64,000 nucleotides of DNA from Candidatus Daviesbacteria bacterium RIFCSPLOWO2_01_FULL_39_23 (GTDB taxonomy: Bacteria > Patescibacteriota > Microgenomatia > Daviesbacterales > UBA10151): positions 165,449-229,448 of the forward strand of contig MFDN01000001.1 in the NCBI GenBank assembly GCA_001776935.1. Reading direction: 5' to 3'. The position numbers were made by a program, and so were the translations under genes. Of this stretch, positions 29,469-38,680 are shown piece after piece. Numbering within the stretch: position 1 is the stretch's first letter; each line of letters starts with the position of its first letter. The notes beneath the pieces are model-generated. The model was not told the DNA's origin. It was given only the letters and a program-made list of their open reading frames with translations, and made no database searches.

Positions 29469-29556
29469 GGTTACAGTCTTCCGCGGCATTTGGTGACGAA
29501 GCGGTCGTAAACTTTGACAGAAAACCGTGGCTTAAAAGCCGCGGAGGTTTATAGTA
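29431..29556. terminator. GC-rich nested hairpin cluster between convergent genes; probable bidirectional intrinsic terminator.
   Basis: cgcttcgc-aa-gcgaagcg (29436-29453) forms a hairpin. tccgcggc (29480-29487) pairs with gccgcgga (29538-29545). ccgtggc-ttaaaa-gccgcgg (29525-29544) is followed by GGTTTAT on the plus strand and precedes TTTTCTGTC on the minus strand. The whole segment is markedly GC-rich in an AT-rich genome. Confidence 0.4.
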
Positions 29557-29557
29557 A

Positions 29558-30568
29558 TTAATTAGGCAGATTTAATTTATGAAAACAAATTATATCACCA
29601 TCAGGTAAACCTTGAGAATATTTTTTTATTTCAATTAGGTCTAACTTCTTATTCTTTACTTTTAAATACTGTTTATAACCTAATTTTTGCATAAACATAA
29701 ATGCTTTTTGAAGGTTTTTAAAGTTACCAAACCTTTCTAAGACAGGAGAATGTTCATAAAAAACTATCGGTCGGCTTTTCTTAATAGTTTCCCTGCCTCC
29801 TTTTAGGACCTTTAAGTCAGCTCCTTCCGCATCAATCTTGATAAATTCTATTTTTTTAATTTTATTTTCTTTTACATACCTATCAATGGTGGAAGCGTTA
29901 ACAATCTTCTCACTTATTTTATAGGTAAGGTTTGCTACTATTGTTGACAGGCCGTCATTACGAAGTCCATTGTCTTGCACGGCACGATTTATATTAAGTG
30001 TTACCTTTTCGGTTGCTGGATTATCCTGTAAAGCCATTTCCTCCACGATAATATTGCTGAAACTATTTAGTTTGATATTTTTTTTCAGTTGGCTTACAAC
30101 TTTTTCGTCAGGATCAAAGGAATAAACTTTTCCCAGGGGAACACATTTTTTTGCAAATGGTAAACTAAGTAAACCTGCATTTGCGCCAACATCAAAAATT
30201 ACCGAATCTTTATTTATTAATCCTTTAAGTTTTGTGCATAACCAACCGTTAAATATTCCGTTTTTAACAATTGCATTATCCAAAACAGAATTTGGCCGAA
30301 TCCAATATTTAATATTATATAAACCAGTAAAGACATATGGGGGTTTATGGTCATAAACCTTTGCTAATTTAACTTTTTTACCCTCACCAGATTCTTTTAG
30401 AATTTTGATCAATTTTTTTTCATCAATGCCATTGGGTTTTATTATGCTTCTCATCATTTTTAAATAATGATTGAGGCCAACTTCGTCAGGTTCTCTTTCT
30501 AAAGCCGTTAAGTAGCATCTGCGGATTATCTCTTTATTTTTTTTAGTAAAACCAAAGATTTTGAACAT
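29558..30568 (-). CDS. FkbM-family methyltransferase (second copy).
   Basis: VIFDVGANAGLLSL (motif I) and IEFIKIDAEGADLKVLKGG (the FkbM signature). 336 aa. Confidence 0.7.
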   Translation of the reverse strand: MFKIFGFTKKNKEIIRRCYLTALEREPDEVGLNHYLKMMRSIIKPNGIDEKKLIKILKESGEGKKVKLAKVYDHKPPYVFTGLYNIKYWIRPNSVLDNAIVKNGIFNGWLCTKLKGLINKDSVIFDVGANAGLLSLPFAKKCVPLGKVYSFDPDEKVVSQLKKNIKLNSFSNIIVEEMALQDNPATEKVTLNINRAVQDNGLRNDGLSTIVANLTYKISEKIVNASTIDRYVKENKIKKIEFIKIDAEGADLKVLKGGRETIKKSRPIVFYEHSPVLERFGNFKNLQKAFMFMQKLGYKQYLKVKNKKLDLIEIKKYSQGLPDGDIICFHKLNLPN

Positions 30569-30691
30569 GAAGGAAAGTTAATAAATAGCAATAAATGACT
30601 GATAATAAACAATTATATTGTAATTCTTTAATCTATGAAAATCAACTTTTATAGCCGCAAAAAATTATTCGAGGTCTTGTAATAGTTATAA

Positions 30692-32641
30692 GTGAAATAT
30701 ATACTTTTGATAATGTTTCTAACTGATTTCCTGCTTTTTATTGTCTTTCAATTGTTGATTGTTTATCCGTTGGGCAAGACTATCTTAAATTTTATGGGAA
30801 TGAAGTTTTGGTTAATTCCCAGCCTTGTTTTTGGGGTAAATATTGGTATTGTTGTTTTAACAATAGCTGCTTTAATTTTAGGCTATACAAATAATTATTA
30901 TTTACTGCCATTAATAGCTGTAATCTCCTTAATCCTATTTTTTCTTCAAATAAGAAATATAAAATTTTCAAAGTTTAATATAAGGGGAATCCTAAAATTG
31001 CCGGATTTAGTTGTTATATCAACAATCCTGTTATGTGTTTTAATACAGTCATTCATAGTGTTTCCTAATGGGGTGAGTACTGGTGGAATCTTACGGGTTA
31101 AAAATGTTTTTACAGAGGATGGTATGTGGCATATTGCAATAATAAATAACCTTAAAAAATCTATTCCTCCCTCAAACCCTATTTTTGCAGGGGAAAAATT
31201 AACAAATTATAACTATTTTTCAGATATCTATATTGCTGTAATACAAAAATTTACACATATCAAGACTCTAACTTTGTATTTCAAATTAATAGGCCCTTTC
31301 TTGGCCCTTCTTTGTGCCGTGTCACTTTATTTTATTTTGAAGGTGCTTACAGGGAATCAAATAATAGCCGGAATGGGAGTTTTACTGATTACATTGGCCA
31401 GTACATATTACTATATATTTGGAATTTTTAAGCCCGGTTTGAATATTAACCCAAGTACTTTTTTTGGGAATGATTATGTCAGCAGGATGGTGAATTACCA
31501 ACTATCGTTCTCGTATTTAATTATTACAAGTTTTTTGTACCTTTTGCTTCACAGAAAAGATTCGTTTAGATTTATCATAATTGCATCGTTTCTTATTAGT
31601 AGCGGGATTGGTTTTAAGTCGTACGGGACAATCCTTATTATTCCGGCTTTATATATAGTCGGGTTTTATAATATATTCAGAAAAAAATTTGACTTAATTA
31701 AGATTGCGTTTTTAAGCAGTATTTTTATAGCAGTTTTAGTTTATCTATTTTTAGGGAGCGGTCAGGCTATAAAAACTGTATTCACCTTTGACCCGTTTTG
31801 GTTGATAGGGAATATATTCACTGACCCATTAAGATTCAGTTCTGCTGGCTGGGCAGCAAGCAGGAGTTACTATTTAGATAGTAACAATTATCCAGGTATT
31901 GCGTACCTTTACTTTAAAGGTTTAGTAATTTTTCTTTTTACTCAGTTCGGATTAAAAATTTTGGGGTTTTTATATATCTTGAAGATTAAAGAGAATAAGG
32001 AGAGAGATGTAATATTATTAATATCCATTATCGCATTAACCGGTATTATTATGCCGCTTATTTTTACTCAAGGGGGGGTAAAGTGGAATACGATACAATT
32101 TATCTGGTATTCAAGCTTTGGTTTAGGGATACTTTCAGTCTTATTGATTTCAGGTTTTCAAAAGAAAATAGGATTAAAGCTAATTTTGATTATACTGTTG
32201 TCTGTATGGGTTTCTTATCTACCGGGGGTATTACACTATAGTAAATTTTATTTATCAGATGCAGGTAACTTAACAACATATAATTTTCAAGGTACGCAGG
32301 AATCTTATAAAGCTGCAAGGTTTTTATCTGGTCAGCCTGATGGCGTATTACTCTTAGACTCAAAATACTCACAAACCCCTTTTATTATGGCAATTTCGGA
32401 AAAGAATGCTTACTTTGCCGATGAAAGCATATTATCAAATCTGTTTTTGGATTGGTATACCAGGGACCAAAGAACGAAACTTTTTTTTGATAATTTTACA
32501 AGCAGCGAGTATAAGGAAAAATTCCTGAAAGAAAACAATATTTCTTATGTCTTTACAGCTAAGGATACTTTAAGGCCAGCAAGATATTTGGATAATATTT
32601 TCAATAATGATGAAGTATGGATATACAGAACAAAGTTTTAA
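30692..32641 (+). CDS. Polytopic membrane protein with a C-terminal soluble domain, GT-C-like putative glycosyltransferase.
   Basis: 649 aa. About 13 TM helices are followed by a soluble tail of about 140 aa. No diagnostic motif is recognised. Confidence 0.4.
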   Translation: MKYILLIMFLTDFLLFIVFQLLIVYPLGKTILNFMGMKFWLIPSLVFGVNIGIVVLTIAALILGYTNNYYLLPLIAVISLILFFLQIRNIKFSKFNIRGILKLPDLVVISTILLCVLIQSFIVFPNGVSTGGILRVKNVFTEDGMWHIAIINNLKKSIPPSNPIFAGEKLTNYNYFSDIYIAVIQKFTHIKTLTLYFKLIGPFLALLCAVSLYFILKVLTGNQIIAGMGVLLITLASTYYYIFGIFKPGLNINPSTFFGNDYVSRMVNYQLSFSYLIITSFLYLLLHRKDSFRFIIIASFLISSGIGFKSYGTILIIPALYIVGFYNIFRKKFDLIKIAFLSSIFIAVLVYLFLGSGQAIKTVFTFDPFWLIGNIFTDPLRFSSAGWAASRSYYLDSNNYPGIAYLYFKGLVIFLFTQFGLKILGFLYILKIKENKERDVILLISIIALTGIIMPLIFTQGGVKWNTIQFIWYSSFGLGILSVLLISGFQKKIGLKLILIILLSVWVSYLPGVLHYSKFYLSDAGNLTTYNFQGTQESYKAARFLSGQPDGVLLLDSKYSQTPFIMAISEKNAYFADESILSNLFLDWYTRDQRTKLFFDNFTSSEYKEKFLKENNISYVFTAKDTLRPARYLDNIFNNDEVWIYRTKF

Positions 32642-33618
32642 ATAAGATAATTATTGATTTTTTCTAGTATCCTGACTATTCTAAGCCCATGAGTGCCGTC
32701 GTTTAAGGCGGGTTTTTTAGATAAGACTGCCTGAACAAATGAATCAATAACTTTGTATAGTGGTTCTGATGGTTCAATTTTAGGAGTTAATACTTTACCG
32801 GATTTATATTTTAACAGGTTAATATCGACTTTGTTTATTTCTATACTTGAATGGAATATTTGCAGCTGATTTTTCAAATTATTATCATCCCAAAGGAGCA
32901 TTTTTTTACTTCCGGCTATTGTTATATTGCGGATTTTTACTGGAGAAAGCCAGCTTAAATATATATTTGCGACAAAGCCACTTTTATATCTTAGAATGAC
33001 GGTTCCGCTTTCTGTATATTTTGGTTTATGAAATATATGCGATGAACCTGTAACGAAAAACTCCTCAGGCTGTTCTTTATTTAATAAATAATCAAGTATC
33101 GAGAGCTCGTGGGGAGCAAGATCCATAAATACGTTTGTTGATTTGTCTATTTTTCCTAAGTTTGCCCTTATAGAGTGATAATAATAAAGTTTCCCAAGAA
33201 GGTTGCCATTAATCAAGGATTTAATTTTCTCAAGAGGTTTTGAGAAAATATAGGGATGATCTACGCAAAGAATAACCCCCTTATCTGTAGCTAACTTAAT
33301 TAACTTTTGGGCATCTTTAACTGTGGCAGTCATGGGTTTTTCGATAAGGATATTTTTTCCGGCCAGAAGGCATTGCAGAGAAATATTAAAGTGTTCTAAT
33401 ATAGGGACTGCGATAACGACGCAGGAAATGTCTTTATTATTCAGAACTTCCTTAATATCCTGTGTTAGGGAAATATTTGGATAACTCGTTTTAGCTTTTT
33501 TTAATTGTTTCAAAGACAAATCACAAATGTATTCAACTTTTACTTTGGGATGTAATAATAAATTTCTAAGCAGGATCGGGCCCCAGTAACCGTAACCAAT
33601 CAGTGCAATTTTAAGCAT
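32638..33618 (-). CDS. Gfo/Idh/MocA oxidoreductase, WbpB-like nucleotide-sugar 3-dehydrogenase.
   Basis: LKIALIGYGYWGPILLRNL N-terminus. It is paired with, and translationally coupled to, the downstream DegT aminotransferase, which is the WbpB/WbpE arrangement. Confidence 0.7.
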   Translation of the reverse strand: MLKIALIGYGYWGPILLRNLLLHPKVKVEYICDLSLKQLKKAKTSYPNISLTQDIKEVLNNKDISCVVIAVPILEHFNISLQCLLAGKNILIEKPMTATVKDAQKLIKLATDKGVILCVDHPYIFSKPLEKIKSLINGNLLGKLYYYHSIRANLGKIDKSTNVFMDLAPHELSILDYLLNKEQPEEFFVTGSSHIFHKPKYTESGTVILRYKSGFVANIYLSWLSPVKIRNITIAGSKKMLLWDDNNLKNQLQIFHSSIEINKVDINLLKYKSGKVLTPKIEPSEPLYKVIDSFVQAVLSKKPALNDGTHGLRIVRILEKINNYLI

Positions 33619-34738
33619 TTTTTATGTTATTTGCTATTTTATTTAACACTGTGACAACGTGATGTATTTGTTTTTCAGTCATTTCAGGATAAATAGGTAT
33701 TGAGAAAATATTCTTGCAAATATTTTCTGCCACAGGTAAATCTTTCTTACGGTATTCTAGATTAGAATAAGCCTCTTGTAAATGCAGAGGGATGGGATAA
33801 TATATTGCCGAGCTTATTCCGTTGCTGGCCAGCATGCTTATTATCAGATTGCGTTTTTTGTGTGCCAGCGTATATGTATAATATACATGTTTACTTTTCG
33901 GAAATGTTTGAGGGATGGTGTAAATACTTGAAAGATTGCTGTTGTAATAGCGGGCAATTTGCCGTCTATTTTCATTCCAGATATCAAGATATTTTAATTT
34001 GATACGTAGTATTGCTGCTTGCAGGTTGTCCAGACGTCCATTGTAGCCTACCAGCTTATGGCTATATTTAGAAGTTCTACCATGGTCTCTTAATAAAAAA
34101 ATAGTTTTTGCGATTTTAGAGCTATTGGTTACAATTGCTCCACCATCACCAAAGCAGCCAAGGTTTTTCGACGGGTAAAAACTAAAACAGGCAATATCAC
34201 CCCAGAAACCTGTTTTTTTGTTTTTGTAAGTAGCTCCATGAGCTTGCGCAGCGTCTTCAATAATTTTTAATTTGTATTTTTTTGCAATTTCGCCTATCTC
34301 ATCCATGTCAGTAATTTGCCCATATAAATGAACCACAATTATTGCTTTTGTTTTTTTGGTAATTTTTTTAGCAATTTGATTTTTATCAAGGTTGTAAGTT
34401 ATGGGATTGGTATCAATAAATACAGGAATTGCGCCGAGGTTTGCAATTGCTGCTGCAGAAGCGGTAAAGGTAAGAGTAGGACATATTACCTGATCCCCGG
34501 TTTTTATCCCTATGGCTTTTAATGCCAGATCTAAGGCTGTACTGCCGGAAGAGAGACCGCAACAATATTTAGCACCACAATATCTGGCAAATTCTCTTTC
34601 AAACATGCGCAGGTCCTCACCTAAAATAAAATCACCGTTTTTAATAATACGTTTGATTACCGGGTCAATCTCTTTCTTAAGCCGTTGATACTGCAGGGGC
34701 AAATCTATTAGAGGAATTTTGTTCATATGGCTATACAT
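33611..34738 (-). CDS. DegT/DnrJ/EryC1-family PLP-dependent aminotransferase, WbpE-like 3-aminotransferase.
   Basis: DegT N-terminus (IPLIDLPLQYQRLKKEIDPVIKRIIKNGDFILGEDLRMFEREFARYCGAKYCCGLSSGSTALDLAL) and 375 aa. Confidence 0.85.
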   Translation of the reverse strand: MYSHMNKIPLIDLPLQYQRLKKEIDPVIKRIIKNGDFILGEDLRMFEREFARYCGAKYCCGLSSGSTALDLALKAIGIKTGDQVICPTLTFTASAAAIANLGAIPVFIDTNPITYNLDKNQIAKKITKKTKAIIVVHLYGQITDMDEIGEIAKKYKLKIIEDAAQAHGATYKNKKTGFWGDIACFSFYPSKNLGCFGDGGAIVTNSSKIAKTIFLLRDHGRTSKYSHKLVGYNGRLDNLQAAILRIKLKYLDIWNENRRQIARYYNSNLSSIYTIPQTFPKSKHVYYTYTLAHKKRNLIISMLASNGISSAIYYPIPLHLQEAYSNLEYRKKDLPVAENICKNIFSIPIYPEMTEKQIHHVVTVLNKIANNIKNA

Positions 34739-34753
34739 TATGCGAGTTATGGG

Positions 34754-36019
34754 TTATTTAGTCAATAATTTTGCTATTTTCTCCCCTAAATCAGCAGCAT
34801 AATTTGTTCCCCTGTCCCAGGGGTATACCATGTCTAGATTGGCGAGGTATATATTTTTAAGAGGGGTTTGGAATTTGGGGATATGTCTGGAGTGTTTTAG
34901 TGCGACAATGGGTTGTGCGAAAGAGCTTACGAATTTATGTACACTGATTAAATTTTCTTGAAAGTTTGGGTTTAATTTCAATAAATAATCGTTAAATAAT
35001 TTTAGCAGTTGGTTGCCTGTCATTTTTAAATAGGGGTGATCTTTGGGTAGATAATTACCGATATAAACTATATGCTGATTATTGTAATGGGTTGGATTTA
35101 TAAAATTTGTGTGTTCGACAAGGACCAGAAAAGGAAATTCTTTTCGGGCAATGTTTAACCAGTAGGTATTTTTTAGAAAAGATTTTTTTAATACTAATAT
35201 TAAATTTAACGCATCAAGATGTTGGATTATACCTATTTTTTCAACGTACTTTTGAGGGAGATTTGGTGCAATACCGGTAAAAACTGGTGAAGGCGAAGTA
35301 CAGATAATCTTATCGAACTTAAATATATTTTTGGGTGTTTGCAAAGAACAACTGTTTTTAGATGAGTTAATTGATTTTACTTCGGATTTAAAATTGATTT
35401 CTCCTCCCAGCTTTTCTATTTCTCTGACTATTTCATCTGTAAAATTTTTAAAACCTTTTTGAGGATAAGCTAATGATGCAGTTCTTTTTTTAATTCTTGC
35501 CCAGAACCAGGATAATGAGATTGTATTTTTGTAGCTTCCGAACTTTCCGTAAAATAGAGGTTCCCATATCAGCTTTGTTGCTTTTTTACCCATCCATTGC
35601 TCTATCCATTTTAAAGCCAATTTGTTTTCCAGCCTTTTATAGTTATTAAGTAGTTTAAAATAAGCCAGTGAAAGGCCCACTCTAATTCGGGAAAGTAACG
35701 GAAGGCCGGAGAATAATATAAGCGATATGCCGTTATCAAGCGGTAAGATTTTATCGTTTATCAGTATATCGGTGTGCGGTTTTTTAACAACAACTTTGTA
35801 ATTAAGTTCTTTTGCTAGGGCAAGTATTTTATCATCATTTGTAAACCAGTGATGATAGCTTTTTTCCAGAGCCCAATCCCAACTTTTCTTTTTAAATCCA
35901 CTGGCTAGTCCGCCTGCAGACATTTCTTTTTCAAAAATATATACGCTATGTCCTTTTTGCAGTAATCGCAACCCGGCCACGAGACCTGTAAAGCCGGCAC
36001 CGATTATGGCAATTTTCAT
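34754..36019 (-). CDS. FAD/NAD(P)-binding oxidoreductase, UDP-galactopyranose-mutase / amine-oxidase-like.
   Basis: N-terminal dinucleotide motif MKIAIIGAGFTGLVAGLRL...E. A GGLASG...KSYHHWFTND segment resembles the Glf GGN...HIFHTN region. 421 aa. Confidence 0.45.
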   Translation of the reverse strand: MKIAIIGAGFTGLVAGLRLLQKGHSVYIFEKEMSAGGLASGFKKKSWDWALEKSYHHWFTNDDKILALAKELNYKVVVKKPHTDILINDKILPLDNGISLILFSGLPLLSRIRVGLSLAYFKLLNNYKRLENKLALKWIEQWMGKKATKLIWEPLFYGKFGSYKNTISLSWFWARIKKRTASLAYPQKGFKNFTDEIVREIEKLGGEINFKSEVKSINSSKNSCSLQTPKNIFKFDKIICTSPSPVFTGIAPNLPQKYVEKIGIIQHLDALNLILVLKKSFLKNTYWLNIARKEFPFLVLVEHTNFINPTHYNNQHIVYIGNYLPKDHPYLKMTGNQLLKLFNDYLLKLNPNFQENLISVHKFVSSFAQPIVALKHSRHIPKFQTPLKNIYLANLDMVYPWDRGTNYAADLGEKIAKLLTK

Positions 36020-36104
36020 GCAGTAATCTTATCAGATAGTACAGGAGCTTTCACCTATTGATATTACGCTAATATGTTTTGGTATACTAATACCAGGTTT
36101 AAAG

Positions 36105-37040
36105 ATGAAAAATTCTCAAGGCATAAGTTTAATCATTCATACTAAAAATGAAGAGAGAAATATTAAAGATTGTATTTTATCTGCAAAAAGGATAGTTGAT
36201 GAGATTATTGTTGCCGACATGGCTAGTACAGATAAGACTCTAAAGATAGCAAAATCTCTTGGTGCTTTAATACTTGAACTGCCTGCTGTTGGATTTGTTG
36301 ATAATTTTAGAAATCTTGCCATCGCTAAAGCAAAATTTGAGTGGATACTGAATTTTGATGCAGACGAGAGAATTACCAGGGAATTACAAAAAAAGTTTCT
36401 TAAAATTGTTAAAGAAGACAAGTTTGATGTGGTGCTTGCTCCCAGAAAATGCATAAGGTTTAATAAATGGATCAGATATGGAGGTCATTGGCCGGATTCA
36501 CAATTAATTCTATTTAAAAAAAGCGCTATGAGGTGGCCGGATAAGATTAATCAGGCCCATATTTTGCCTATACTTAAGGGCCGGATATTGACTCTTGAGC
36601 CAAAAGAGGAAAATGCATTTATTCATTATAATATTGAGAATCTTAAGCACCTTCTTTCGAAAATTGTTTGGTACACTACTTTGGAAGGGAGCGGGGATTA
36701 TTTTAAGAAAAATAAATTTACTCCTGAAAACTTAATTAATTATTACAAGGGCGAGTTTAGGTACCGTTATATTGAAGAGAAGGGATACAAGGACGGGATA
36801 AGGGGATTTATTATAGCCAAATTCAGGGAATATTATAAATTTTTGGAATTTGTGAACTGGTGGGAAAGGAAGGGTTATCCTGAAGTATTTAATCAGAACG
36901 AGCTTTTAGATGCTATCTTAGAAAAAGAAGAGTTTGAGAGGATAGAGGCTTTCGGAGTTTCTAAGATCTATAAATTATGGAAGTTTTACCACAAGATGAA
37001 AGATAAGGCTTTGGATGTCATCAAACCTTTTCGCTATTAA
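36105..37040 (+). CDS. GT2-family glycosyltransferase.
   Basis: ISLIIHTKNEERNIKDCILSAK...VADMASTDKT is GT2 GT-A fold, with a DAD (DxD-like) segment (NFDADERI). Confidence 0.7.
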   Translation: MKNSQGISLIIHTKNEERNIKDCILSAKRIVDEIIVADMASTDKTLKIAKSLGALILELPAVGFVDNFRNLAIAKAKFEWILNFDADERITRELQKKFLKIVKEDKFDVVLAPRKCIRFNKWIRYGGHWPDSQLILFKKSAMRWPDKINQAHILPILKGRILTLEPKEENAFIHYNIENLKHLLSKIVWYTTLEGSGDYFKKNKFTPENLINYYKGEFRYRYIEEKGYKDGIRGFIIAKFREYYKFLEFVNWWERKGYPEVFNQNELLDAILEKEEFERIEAFGVSKIYKLWKFYHKMKDKALDVIKPFRY

Positions 37041-37803
37041 GTTGGTGATATTTATCAAAAACTATTTTTGCCGGGCCGTCATCCAACAGACGGCCTTGAT
37101 TTATAAGTATTACTCTCTCGCAAAAATTTTTAACCGATTGCTCACTATGGCTTACAAAAATAATTATTTTATCTTTTCTTTGTTTAATTTTTTTAAGGTG
37201 GTTTAGGCATTTTTTTTGAAATCCGACATCTCCAACAGCCAATACCTCATCGATTAAAAGAATGGGTGCATTTACGCAAACTGCGACTGCAAATCCCAGT
37301 CGGGTATACATTCCGGATGAATACCTCTTAAGTGGCTGGTGTATAAACCCGGCTAAGCCGCTAAAGTCTATGATTTTATCAATTACCAAATCAATTTCCT
37401 TTTTATGCATACCTAAGATTGCAGCATTCAGATAAATATTTTCTAAACCACTTAATTCCTGGTGAAAGCCTGCACCCAGTTCAATTAGGGGAGCAACGTT
37501 TCCGTTTACTTTAATAGCACCTTCGGTTGGAACCGTTACTCCGGCGATCAATTTTAGTATCGTTGATTTTCCCGCTCCGTTATTTCCCACAATACCAACT
37601 GTCTCTCCGCATTTGATTTCAAAAGAAATATCATTTAAGGCAGAAAATTCCTTTGCCCATGGTTTTCCAAGCAGGAGACTGGGGAGTGCTTCTTTAAAAG
37701 TCTTATCTTCCTGAAGGAAGAATTTTTTGGATACATTTTTAAAAATAATAGATGGAAAATTATTAAACATATCATTATGCAATATCCGCAAAAACTTTTT
37801 CAC
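37021..37803 (-). CDS. ABC transporter ATP-binding protein, Wzt/TagH-like polysaccharide/teichoic-acid exporter.
   Basis: Walker A (GIVGNNGAGKSTILK), ABC signature (YSSGMYTRLGFAV) and Walker B (ILLIDEVLAVGD). Its position next to a Wzm/TagG-type permease supports the call. Confidence 0.85.
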   Translation of the reverse strand: MKKFLRILHNDMFNNFPSIIFKNVSKKFFLQEDKTFKEALPSLLLGKPWAKEFSALNDISFEIKCGETVGIVGNNGAGKSTILKLIAGVTVPTEGAIKVNGNVAPLIELGAGFHQELSGLENIYLNAAILGMHKKEIDLVIDKIIDFSGLAGFIHQPLKRYSSGMYTRLGFAVAVCVNAPILLIDEVLAVGDVGFQKKCLNHLKKIKQRKDKIIIFVSHSEQSVKNFCERVILINQGRLLDDGPAKIVFDKYHQLNSEKV

Positions 37804-38566
37804 TTTTTTTAAAAAACCAGAAACCTAAAATAAAAATTGTCAGGGAGCTTATTATAGACCAGAGAATGGTTCCCAGGTCAAAAGGATAGTTAAAAACTGA
37901 TGATCTGTAGCCTTCTATAATTCCTACCATAGGATTTAACTTATAAAGCCAAACAAGATTTCCCGGTATTAGAGAAAGGGGGTAAACAATGGGTGTTAAA
38001 TACATCCACATTAACAACATTAGAGTTGTTACATACTGAATATCTCTATAAAAAAGATTCGCCGAAGATAGCAACAGAGAAATTCCACACATAAGTATTA
38101 TTTGTAGCAGAAGAAGCGGAACCGTAAAAATAATAGCAGGATGGAAAGGTATTCTATAAAATAACATAAAACCAGCAAGAAGCAGCAAAGAGAGGGCGAG
38201 GTCTATGCTTTTTGCCAGTATTATAGAATATGGAAGTATTTCTCTGGGGAAGTATACTTTTTTCAAAAGGTTGGAATTATCAACAAGCACAAGGGCGGAT
38301 GATGATAAGGATGTTTGTAAATATATCCAGGGCAATAAGCCTACAAAAAGAAATATTGAATACGGTATGCCTCCTGTCGGGAATCTAAATATCACTGAAA
38401 AAACAAAAGAATACACCAAAAGCTGCAATAAGGGGTTAAATATTATCCATGCATACCCTATGATTGATTGTTTATATCTTGCTTTAATTTCCCTTGTTGT
38501 CAGTTGAAACAACAGGTACTTATAAGATACAAACGGTTTGATTAATTGCTTGAACATAATATTCAA
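37775..38566 (-). CDS. ABC-2 type transporter permease, Wzm/TagG-like.
   Basis: The LFQLTTREIKARYKQSIIGYAWIIFNPLLQ N-terminal signature is typical of Wzm/TagG ABC-2 permeases. It has 6 TM helices and 263 aa. Confidence 0.8.
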   Translation of the reverse strand: MNIMFKQLIKPFVSYKYLLFQLTTREIKARYKQSIIGYAWIIFNPLLQLLVYSFVFSVIFRFPTGGIPYSIFLFVGLLPWIYLQTSLSSSALVLVDNSNLLKKVYFPREILPYSIILAKSIDLALSLLLLAGFMLFYRIPFHPAIIFTVPLLLLQIILMCGISLLLSSANLFYRDIQYVTTLMLLMWMYLTPIVYPLSLIPGNLVWLYKLNPMVGIIEGYRSSVFNYPFDLGTILWSIISSLTIFILGFWFFKKSEKVFADIA

Positions 38567-38680
38567 GATACACTAAATAAAGTGTTTTTACAAGAAATTG
38601 GGAGCCCTGCAGAGAATATACTTGTTTTTAAAATTTGAAAAAGTTAAACTAGTCAAAAGAAAAAAATTTAAACTATTTTA

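Noticed and set aside
29431-29470. The GCGAAGCGAGGCGAGCGAAG repeat run considered as a CRISPR or tandem-repeat array.
   Set aside because: There is only one short degenerate run with no spacer-repeat periodicity. It is better explained as part of a terminator or palindromic element.
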